Of a stretch of DNA of 23,819 nucleotides, positions 8,888 through 16,721 are shown piece after piece. The first letter of the stretch is position 1. Each line of letters begins with the position of its first letter. The notes under the pieces were generated by a model. That model was given only the letters and a program-made list of their open reading frames with translations, ran no database searches and was not told where the DNA came from. Source of the stretch: an uncultured delta proteobacterium (GTDB taxonomy: Bacteria > Myxococcota_A > Polyangia > Palsa-1104). The stretch spans positions 1 to 23,819 of the forward strand of contig CAWAWS010000044.1 of the NCBI GenBank assembly GCA_963785725.1, given 5' to 3'. The position numbers were made by a program, and so were the translations under genes.

Positions 8888-9980
8888 ATGCGCACTTACC
8901 TGCTTTGCTTGGCTTCATTGGTATTCACGCTCGGCGGTTGCAGCAGCCGCCATCTCAGCAACGGCACCAATGACGGCGGCATGACCGTCACCACCGCCAA
9001 GGCCTGCGCCGACGAGGCCGACGCGCTGTGCGGCTTACGCGACTCGTGCGCGCCCAGCTTCGGCATCGCGCACAGCTACGGCACCATCGCCGCCTGTCAG
9101 ACGCGCACGGCGCAGGTCTGCGTCAACGCGCTCGACGCCAAAGGCAGCGGCAACACGACGGCGCACGTCGAAGCGTGCGCGGCCGCCTATCCGAGCGAAG
9201 CGTGCGGCGACTTCTACGACGGCAACCCGGTCGCCGCTTGCGTGCCGCCGATCGGCACGCTGGCGACGGGCGCGGCCTGCGGCGCGTCGGCGCAATGCGC
9301 GAGCACCTACTGCGCCATCGGGCAGAACGCCGTGTGCGGCACCTGCCAGCCGCTGCCGGTGGTGGGCGCGACCTGCCTCGTGCAAGGCGACTGCGGCCGC
9401 GATCTCGGCGTGCGCGACGCCGACCGTCGCCAGCGGCGACGGCGGCGTGCCGACGTCGGGGACGTGCGCGGCGTGGGTCACCGTCAACAACGCCTGTCTC
9501 ACCGGCCATCAGCCGTGCCAGAGCGGCCTCGCCTGCGTCGGCGACGACCAAGCGACCATGACGATGGGCACCTGTCAGACGCAGGGGATGACGGTCGGCG
9601 CGGCCTGCGACGGCACGCGCAACACCGGGCCCAACTGCAACGGCGACCTCGGCCTCGTCTGCGTTCCGACCGCCAAGGACAGCAAGGGCGTCGGCACGTG
9701 CCAGGCGATTCAGCTCGTCGCGGCCGGCGCGGCCTGCGGCGACATCGGCGCGGCGCCGATCACCGGCTTCGCCGACTGCCAGAACGGCGGCCTGTGCAAG
9801 AAAGCGGTGTCGACGGACGCCACCGGCGTGTGCGTCGCGGCGGCCGCCGACGGCGCGGCCTGCGACAGCGACGCGGCCAACGGACCGCCGTGCCTCGCGC
9901 CCGCCAAGTGCGTGCCGGCGGCCGGATCGTCGGCGACGGCCGGCACCTGCGTCGTGCCCAACGCCAGCACCTGCATGTAA
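8888..9980 (+). CDS. Cysteine-rich repeat lipoprotein (one frameshift near 9410)
   Basis: AAGGAG RBS, lipobox LGG|C, and about six GxxC...C...C...GxC modules across ORFs 8843..10030 and 9447..9980. Confidence 0.8.
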
Positions 9981-10117
9981 ACGCGCCGATTCCCGGCGTC
10001 TGGCGAGCGCAGCGGCGCCGCCGTACATAGCGCGCCGTCAAGCCGAGCATGGCCGCCGCCGCCGCGCGCGAAGAGTCTCGCACGGCGGCGCGGCGGCGCG
10101 ACCGTTTTGCGCCTTGG

Positions 10118-11164
10118 CTAAGCCTTCAGCGTCGCCAGATCGATCACGAAGCGATACTTCACGTCGCCCTTTTGCAGCCGCGTATAGGCGTCGTTGATCT
10201 GGTCCATGCGGATCGTCTCCACGTCGGAGCCGATGTCGTTTTGCGCGCAGAAGTCGAGCATCTCCTGCGTCTCGGCGATGCCGCCGATGCCGCTGCCCGC
10301 GAAGCTGCGCCGCGACCGCAAGAGGCTGAACGCGCCCACCGACAGCGGCTGCTCGGGCGCGCCCACGAGCGTCAGCGTGCCGTCGAGCTTGAGCAGCGAC
10401 AGATACAGATTGATGTCGTGCTGGGCCGAGACGCAGTCGAGCACGAAGTCGAAGCGGCCCGCCTCCTTCGCGAACACCTTGGGATCGCGCGTGACCACGA
10501 CGTCGTGCGCGCCCAACCGGAGCCCATCCGCGACCTTGTGCTCCGACGACGTGAACAGGACGACGTGCGCCCCGAGCGCGCGCGCCAGCTTGACGCCCAT
10601 GTGGCCGAGGCCGCCCAGCCCGACGATGCCCACGGTCTTGCCCGCCTTGACATCCCAGTGCCGCAGCGGCGACCACGTCGTGATGCCGGCGCACAAGAGC
10701 GGCGCCACCGACGCCAGCTTCTCCTTTTGCGACACGCGCAGCGTGAAGGCCTCGTCGACGACGATGGCGCTCGAGTAGCCGCCGAACGTCGGGACGCGCG
10801 TGCCGCGCTCGAACCCGTTGTACGTGTACGTCGGCGTCTCGACGCAGTATTGCTCGAGCCCCGCCTTGCAGCTGGCGCACTTGCGGCACGAGTCGACCAT
10901 GCAGCCGACGGCGGCGAAGTCACCCTCCTTCACTTTGGTCACCTGCGCGCCGACGCGTACGACGCGGCCCAAGATTTCGTGGCCGGGGACCATCGGATAG
11001 GTGGCGTTGCCCCACTCGTTGCGCGCTTGGTGCAGGTCGGAGTGGCAGACGCCGCAGTACAGGATCTCGATGACGACGTCCGCCGGGCCGGGCGCGCGGC
11101 GATCGATGGACAGCGGTCCGAGCGGGCTCGTGGCGCTCTGTGCGGCGTAGGCGAGGGTCTTCAT
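10118..11164 (-). CDS. Zn-dependent NAD(P)-dependent alcohol dehydrogenase / aldehyde reductase (cinnamyl-ADH, YahK-like)
   Basis: MKTLAYAA start after an AAGGAG RBS. YCGVCHSDLH, PMVPGHEI, CMVDSCRKCASC...C zinc ligands, APLLCAGITT, GLGGLGHMG, GDVKYRFVID. Confidence 0.93.
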   Translation of the reverse strand: MKTLAYAAQSATSPLGPLSIDRRAPGPADVVIEILYCGVCHSDLHQARNEWGNATYPMVPGHEILGRVVRVGAQVTKVKEGDFAAVGCMVDSCRKCASCKAGLEQYCVETPTYTYNGFERGTRVPTFGGYSSAIVVDEAFTLRVSQKEKLASVAPLLCAGITTWSPLRHWDVKAGKTVGIVGLGGLGHMGVKLARALGAHVVLFTSSEHKVADGLRLGAHDVVVTRDPKVFAKEAGRFDFVLDCVSAQHDINLYLSLLKLDGTLTLVGAPEQPLSVGAFSLLRSRRSFAGSGIGGIAETQEMLDFCAQNDIGSDVETIRMDQINDAYTRLQKGDVKYRFVIDLATLKA

Positions 11165-11302
11165 GACGGTGTCTCCTTGAAGCTGGCGATTGTCCGATGC
11201 TCCGCCACCATACGCAGCGGATGGAACCCAATCTAACGACTTCCGTCTATGGGCGATAACTCGATCCTCTACAATTCTTGCCTGATCCTGTAGCGTCGTC
11301 GC

Positions 11303-12184
11303 ATGCAGCTCCTCGAACGGCTCGAACGTCACGCGCCCAGCGACGGTGAGCACCGGACGGCGGTGCCGGGGCTGACGCTCTATCGCCAGTCGCGCCCGCG
11401 GCCGCCCGCTTCCATGCTGTACGAGCCGGCGCTGTGCATCATCGTGCGCGGCGAGAAGCACGTCATGCTCGCCGACGAGCGCTACGTCTACAAGCCGGGA
11501 CGCTTCCTGCTCATTGCAGCCGACGTGCCGGTGACGTCCGAGGTCCGCGTGGCGACGCCGCGCAAGCCCTACCTGGCGCTGCGCTTCACGCTCGACGCGA
11601 CGCTCGTCGCCGACGTCATCGCGCAGCTGGGCGCGAGCGAGCGCAGCGCCGCGCCCAGTCGCGCGCTCGTCGTCAGCCGCGCCGACGACGCGCTGCTCGA
11701 CTCGGTCGGACGCATGCTGGCGCTGCTGGAGGCGCCGCGCGATCAGCCGGTGCTGACGCCGCTCATCATGCGCGAAGTGACCTATCGGCTGCTCGTCGGT
11801 GAGCAGGGCCCGCGCCTGCGCCAGATCGCCGCCGGCGACGGTCAAGCGCAGCGGGTGACGCGCGCGCTGCGCTGGCTCATCGCGCACTATGCCGAGCCTC
11901 TGCGCGTGGACGAGCTGGCGCGGCACGCGCGCATGAGCACGTCGGCGCTGCATCATCACTTCAAGAGCGTGACGGCGATGAGCCCGCTGCAGTATCAAAA
12001 GTCGCTGCGGCTGCGCGAGGCGCGGCGGCTCATGCTCGGCGAGGGGCTCGACGCCGCCGAGGCCAGCTTTCGCGTCGGTTACGAGAGCCCGTCGCAGTTC
12101 AGCCGCGAATATCGCCGGCTCTTCGGCGCGCCGCCGCGCCGCGACGTCGTCGCCCTCCGCGACGCGCCGCCGGCGAGCGGCTGA
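11303..12184 (+). CDS. AraC family transcriptional regulator (AraC_N domain, YqhC-like), divergent from the ADH
   Basis: LYEPALCIIVRGEK AraC_N domain, and MSTSALHHHFKSVTAMSPLQYQKSLRLREARRLM...VGYESPSQFSREYRRLFG HTH. Confidence 0.93.
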   Translation: MQLLERLERHAPSDGEHRTAVPGLTLYRQSRPRPPASMLYEPALCIIVRGEKHVMLADERYVYKPGRFLLIAADVPVTSEVRVATPRKPYLALRFTLDATLVADVIAQLGASERSAAPSRALVVSRADDALLDSVGRMLALLEAPRDQPVLTPLIMREVTYRLLVGEQGPRLRQIAAGDGQAQRVTRALRWLIAHYAEPLRVDELARHARMSTSALHHHFKSVTAMSPLQYQKSLRLREARRLMLGEGLDAAEASFRVGYESPSQFSREYRRLFGAPPRRDVVALRDAPPASG

Positions 12185-12315
12185 CGCGACGGCGAACGCC
12201 GGCTGGCCGACGACCGCTCGAGCCGCCGGCTCCGGCCTCGTGCAAGCAGTCGATCGATCGAGCGCCGCGCGACGCGTCCGCACGGCGGTGACGGCGGTCG
12301 AGTGCTGGTCGCCGT

Positions 12316-12861
12316 TTACGGACGCGCGGACGGCTGGCGGAGGCTGGCCGCCAGCTCGGCGCTGACGCCGTCGAGCCGCGCCGTCAACGCGCCGTCGAGC
12401 GCGACGCTGCCGTCGGGACGCCGCTCGATCTGACTGTCGAGGATGAACAGCCCGCCGACGACATGCTGCGCGCCCAGCGTCGACAAGAGCGGCCGCAGCG
12501 CGTAGTCGAGCGCCAACTGATGCGCCGTCGTGCCACCGGTGAGAATCGGCAGCGCCACTTTGCCGGCCAGCCCCGCGGAAGGCAGCAGATCGAGAAACGC
12601 CTTCAGAATCCCGCTGTACGACGCCTTGTACACCGGGCTGGCGACGACGACGGCGCGGGCCCGCGCGACCTGCGCGAGCGCCCGCTGAATCGCCGGCGAG
12701 TCGACGCGCGCCCACAAGAGGTCCTCGGCCGGCAGGTCGCGCACCTGGACTTGGTCGACCTCGAGATCGTGACGGGCCAGCTGCGCCGCGATGTGCTGCG
12801 TGACGCCCGCCGTGCGCGACGCGGCCGATGGGCTACCGGAGATCGTGAGCACCTGCGCCAT
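12316..12861 (-). CDS. ssuE: NADPH-dependent FMN reductase SsuE
   Basis: GAGGTG RBS. ISGSPSAASRT, SPVYKASYSGILKAFLDLLP, TGGTTAHQLALDYALRP (Tyr pi-helix type). Confidence 0.9.
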   Translation of the reverse strand: MAQVLTISGSPSAASRTAGVTQHIAAQLARHDLEVDQVQVRDLPAEDLLWARVDSPAIQRALAQVARARAVVVASPVYKASYSGILKAFLDLLPSAGLAGKVALPILTGGTTAHQLALDYALRPLLSTLGAQHVVGGLFILDSQIERRPDGSVALDGALTARLDGVSAELAASLRQPSARP

Positions 12862-12886
12862 GCGACACCTCGAACGCGGCATCGAC

Positions 12887-12902
12887 AGCAAGCGGCGCGC
12901 CA
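12887..12902 (-). promoter_or_regulatory. Sigma54 promoter of ssuE
   Basis: Minus strand reads TGGCGCGCCGCTTGCT (GG-N10-GC), 25 bp before the ssuE ATG. Confidence 0.8.
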
Positions 12903-12931
12903 GCCGGCCGGCCGCGGCGTGACGTGCGCGC

Positions 12932-12980
12932 TGCTGCTGCGGCAGCAACGGCGGGCGCGGCGACTGCTGCTGCAGCAGCA
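12932..12980. promoter_or_regulatory. Pair of TGCTGC-N4-GCAGCA palindromes (12932-12947, 12965-12980), putative SfnR enhancer shared by ssuE and msuC
   Basis: Two 16-bp palindromes offset by 33 bp, between divergent sigma54 promoters. The same pair recurs at 14330-14377. Confidence 0.75.
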
Positions 12981-13010
12981 CAGCCGGCGGTGGTCTTCGC
13001 CGCGCCGAGA

Positions 13011-13026
13011 CGGTACGGTTCGTGCT
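13011..13026 (+). promoter_or_regulatory. Sigma54 promoter of msuC
   Basis: CGGTACGGTTCGTGCT (GG-N10-GC), 30 bp from the palindrome pair. Confidence 0.65.
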
Positions 13027-13039
13027 GATGGACGACCTC

Positions 13040-14212
13040 ATGAACGCGACCGCGACGCCCGCTTGGCAGCCCACGCTCGATCGGCTGGTCGCCGCGCTGG
13101 CCGCCACTGCCGTCGAGCGCGACCGCCGCGGCGGCACGGCCCTGCTCGAGCGGAGGGTCATCCGTGATAGCGGATTGCTGCGTTTGTCGATTCCGCGCGA
13201 GCTCGGCGGCTGCGGGGCGACGTGGGCGCAGACGCTGTCGGCCGTCGAGCAGTTGGCGCGCGTGGACAGCTCGCTCGCGCACGTCTTCGCCTTCCATCAT
13301 TTGATGCTGGCGACGACGCGCCTCTTCGGCACGGCGGCGCAGTGGCAGCGCGCCGCCGACGAGACCGCGCGCCACGGCTGGTTCTGGGGCAACGCGCTCA
13401 ACCCGCTCGATCCGCGCACGACGCTGACCACGCGTGACGGCAAGCGCCTCCTGAATGGTCAAAAGAGCTTCTGCTCGGGCGCGCGCGACTCCGATCGGCT
13501 CATCGTCTCGGCGCAAGACGGGGAAGGCAAGCTGGTCGTCGCCGCCATCCCGACCGCGCGCGCCGGCGTCGTGACGCTCGACGACTGGGACAACATGGGC
13601 CAGCGCCAGACCGACTCGGGCAGCGTCGAATTCCACGACGTCGTCCTCGAGGAGGACGAGCTCCTGCGCACGCCCGGACCGATGGGCAGCGTGTTCGCGT
13701 CGCTGCGTCCGTGCCTCGCGCAGCTCATCTTGACGCACATCTACCTCGGCATCGGCGAGGGCGCGCTGGCCGAGGCGCGCCGCTACACGCGCTCGGCGAC
13801 GCGCGCGTGGCCGGCGTCGAACGTCGAGCGGCCCGTCGACGATCCTTACATTCAGCTGCATTACGGCGAATTCTTCGTCGCGCTCGCGGGCGCGCGGGCG
13901 CTGACCGAGCGCGCCGCGGCGACGTTCGACCGCGCCTACGACCGCGGCGCCGCGCTCGTCGCCGACGAGCGGGCGGCGACGGCGCTGGCGATCGCGACGG
14001 CCAAAGTCTCGAGCGCCCGCGCCGGCCTCGACGTCACGCAGCGCATGTTCGAGGTCATGGGCGCGCGCGCCACGACGGCGCGGGCCGGAATCGACCGCTA
14101 TTGGCGCAACCTGCGCACGCACACGCTGCACGATCCCATCGACTACAAGCTGCGCGAGCTCGGCCGCTTCGCCCTCGACGACGTGCCGCCGACGCCCGGC
14201 TTCTACTCGTAA
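13040..14212 (+). CDS. msuC: ACAD-fold flavin-dependent monooxygenase, MsuC/SfnC-like (methanesulfinate monooxygenase)
   Basis: ERDRRGGT, LARVDSSLAHVFAFHHLMLAT, WFWGNALNPLD, KSFCSGARDS, DWDNMGQRQTDSGS, YWRNLRTHTLHDPIDYKLRELG and terminal FYS match Pseudomonas MsuC as I recall it. ATG 13040 (MNA...) is the first start downstream of the promoter. Confidence 0.85.
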   Translation: MNATATPAWQPTLDRLVAALAATAVERDRRGGTALLERRVIRDSGLLRLSIPRELGGCGATWAQTLSAVEQLARVDSSLAHVFAFHHLMLATTRLFGTAAQWQRAADETARHGWFWGNALNPLDPRTTLTTRDGKRLLNGQKSFCSGARDSDRLIVSAQDGEGKLVVAAIPTARAGVVTLDDWDNMGQRQTDSGSVEFHDVVLEEDELLRTPGPMGSVFASLRPCLAQLILTHIYLGIGEGALAEARRYTRSATRAWPASNVERPVDDPYIQLHYGEFFVALAGARALTERAAATFDRAYDRGAALVADERAATALAIATAKVSSARAGLDVTQRMFEVMGARATTARAGIDRYWRNLRTHTLHDPIDYKLRELGRFALDDVPPTPGFYS

Positions 14213-14220
14213 CCGCCTTC

Positions 14221-14274
14221 TTTATCGTTCATTACATATCTCCGACCTTTATTTATCGTTCGCTACACATCTCC
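14221..14274 (+). repeat. Two 23-bp AT-rich direct repeats (period 31 bp)
   Basis: TTTATCGTTCATTACATATCTCC (14221-14243) and TTTATCGTTCGCTACACATCTCC (14252-14274), 20/23 identical. Confidence 0.85.
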
Positions 14275-14329
14275 ATTCGTTCTGATGGCGAAGGGCGCGG
14301 CGTTCGTTTGGGTCCGTCGGATCCGAGTG

Positions 14330-14377
14330 TGCTGCCGGAGCAGCAGTCGCTGCGCAGCCGCTGCTGCTGGCGCAGCA
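14330..14377. promoter_or_regulatory. Pair of TGCTGC-N4-GCAGCA palindromes (14330-14345, 14362-14377), putative SfnR enhancer
   Basis: Same motif and near-identical offset (32 bp) as at 12932-12980. Ends 29 bp before a sigma54 promoter. Confidence 0.75.
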
Positions 14378-14406
14378 GTCGCGCCCGCTCGACGCGCATT
14401 TTCCGC

Positions 14407-14422
14407 TGGCACGCGGCCTGCT
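14407..14422 (+). promoter_or_regulatory. Sigma54 promoter of the ACAD-sfnG-msuD-diiron operon
   Basis: TGGCACGCGGCCTGCT, a near-consensus TGGCACG-N4-(C)TGC. Confidence 0.85.
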
Positions 14423-14435
14423 CAGTCTCGCCGAC

Positions 14436-15616
14436 ATGGCCGATTACGACGCGCTCCGATTGCAGGTCCGCAAGCTGGTCGATGAAGTCGTTCGCCCCAA
14501 CGCGGAGCGAATCGACCGCGAGTCGATCTTTCCGCGCGAGAACCTGCAGGCGCTGGCGCGCGCCGGCTGGAACGGCGTGCTGCTGCCGAAGGAGCTGGGC
14601 GGGCTCGGCCTCGACCACGTGGCCTTCGCCATCGCCGCCGAGGAGATCGGCAGCGCCTGCGCGTCGACGGCGCTCGTCTACGTCATGCACGTCGGCGCCG
14701 CGCAGACGATCGCGCTCTACGGCAACGACGACCAGAAGCGGCGCTGGCTGTCGCCGACTCGCGACGGCGCTCATCGGCACCTACTCGACGAGCGAGAAGG
14801 CAGTCGGCGGCCACTGGTGGTTCAACTTCAGTGAGGCGGCGCGCGACGGCGACGACTACATCGTCAACGCCGAGAAGTCGTTCACGACGAGCTCCGGCAA
14901 GGCCGACTACTACGTCGTTGCAGACGCGAACGCCCGGCGCCAAGGGGCCGACCGACATCACGTTCTTCATCGTCGACGGCAAGTCGCCCGAATATCACCG
15001 CCGGCGAGTGGGAAGCGCTCGGCGTCCACGGCAATCACACCGGCCCCATCCGCTACGAGGGCGTTAAGCGTCGCCGCCCGCGATCGACTGGGCAAGCGAA
15101 GACGAAGGCAAGGACATCATCTATCACGGTGTCTCGCCCGTTTACCTCATCGGCCTCGGCGCCGCCTGGCACGGCGTCGCGCGCGGCGCGCTCGAGGAGA
15201 TCACCAAGTACGCGACGCGCACCGTCCATCGCGACTTCGATCGGCGCCTCTCCGACTATCAGGTCTTGCGGCGCAGATCGGCGAAGCCAAGGTGCTCGTC
15301 GAGAGCGTGCGCCCCTGGCAGCAGTCGCTGGCCGCGGAGCTCGACGCGCTCTGGCGCGCGGGCAAGCCGCAAGGCGAGATGCTCATCCCGCTCACCGAGT
15401 TCAAGGTCCACGCCGCCGAGGTGGCCAACACGGTGACGCGGCGCGCGCTCGATGTGAGCGGCGGCTACGGCTACAAGCGCGGCCCGCTCGAGCGCGCCTT
15501 CCGCGACGCGCGCGCCGCGATCGCCATGGGGCCCGTCGAACAACATCGCCCGCGAGTGGATCGGCAAGACCCTCGTGGGCTTGCCGCTCGAGCTGTTCGA
15601 AGCCGGTGGTGAGTGA
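14436..15616 (+). CDS. Acyl-CoA dehydrogenase-fold flavoprotein, non-canonical; multiple frameshifts
   Basis: Reconstructed: IDRESIFPRENLQALARAGW...PKELGGLG...EEIGSACASTALVYVMH...STSEKAVGGHWWFN...NAEKSFTTSSG...WEALGVHGNHTGP...FKVHAAE...DVSGGYGYKRGPLERAFRDARAAIAMGPSNNIAREWIG...EAGGE*, stop 15614-15616. Confidence 0.8.
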
Positions 15617-16721
15617 GCATGAGCGCGACGAGCCAAAAGACACCGCTGAAGTTCGCCTACTGGGTCCCCAACGTCAGCGGGCGGGCTCGTCATCAGCAAG
15701 ATCGAGCAGCGCACCGACTGGAGCTACGACTACAACAGCAAGCTGGCGATCTTGGCGAGAGCGGTCGGGTTCGACTACGCGCTCAGCCAGGTGCGCTACA
15801 TGGCCAGCTACGGCGCCGAGTACCAGCACGAGTCGACCAGCTTCAGCCTCGCGCTCCTCCTGGCGACCGAGCGACTGAAGGTCATCGCCGCCGTTCATCC
15901 CGGCTTCTGGCATCCGGGCGTGCTGGCCAAGCTGACGGCGACGGCCGATCATCTGTCGCACGGCCGCGTCGCCGTCAACGTCGTCAGCGGCTGGTTCAAG
16001 GGCGAGTTCACCGCGCTCGGCGAGCCTTGGCTCGAGCACGACGAGCGCTATCGCCGCTCCGAGGAGTTCATTCGCGCCCTGCGCGGAATCTGGACCGAGG
16101 ACCACTATTCCCAGCAAGGCGACTTCTATCGCATCCACGACTTCAATCTAAAGCCGAAGCCGATTCAGCCGCCGCACCCCGAGATCTTCCAGGGCGGCAA
16201 CTCCAAAGCGGCGCGACACATGGCGGCGCGCGTCTCCGATTGGTACTTCATGAACGGCAACTCAATCGACGGCGTGCGCGCCCAAGTCGACGAGGTCTCG
16301 ACGCAAGGCCGCGCAGCACGGTCGCCGCGTCCGCTTCGGGCTCAACGCCTTCATCATCGCGCGCGAGACGCGGCAAGAGGCGCACGACGTCCTGCGCGAG
16401 ATCATCGACAAAGCCGACCGCGAGGCGGTCGAAGGCTTCGGCGACGCGGTCAAGCAGGCGGGACAATCGACCGCCGATCGTCAAGGCATGTGGGCCAATT
16501 CGAACTTCGAGGACCTCGTCCAGTACAACGACGGATTCAGGACCGGCCTCATCGGCACGCCGGAGGAGATCGCCGAGCGCATCGTCGCTTATAAGCAGGC
16601 CGGCGTCGATCTCATACTCGGCGGCTTCTTACATTATCTCGAGGACGTCGAGCACTTTGGTCGCCGCGTCTTGCCGCTCGTGCGGCAATTGGAAGCCGAA
16701 CACGCCAGCAAGGCCGCCTAA
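15613..16721 (+). CDS. sfnG: Dimethylsulfone monooxygenase SfnG (luciferase-like); frameshifts near 15680, 15755 and 16310
   Basis: [78 protein letters not shown] are diagnostic of SfnG. Start is GTG 15613 or ATG 15619. Confidence 0.9.

Noticed and set aside
6267..9980. Programmed frameshifting or phase variation in the surface genes
   Set aside because: The indels are numerous, scattered, not at slippery or repeat tracts, and also occur in metabolic genes, so sequencing error is more parsimonious.
11165..12715. ~515-aa N-terminal extension of the ADH in the 865-aa ORF
   Set aside because: It is antisense to araC and off-frame to ssuE. The ADH has its own RBS and ATG at 11164.
12931..12980. 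CTG/CAG tracts as a trinucleotide microsatellite or poly-Gln coding
   Set aside because: They form fixed-arm palindromes with variable 4-bp centres that recur at 14330-14377 with the same promoter spacing, which fits operator sites better.
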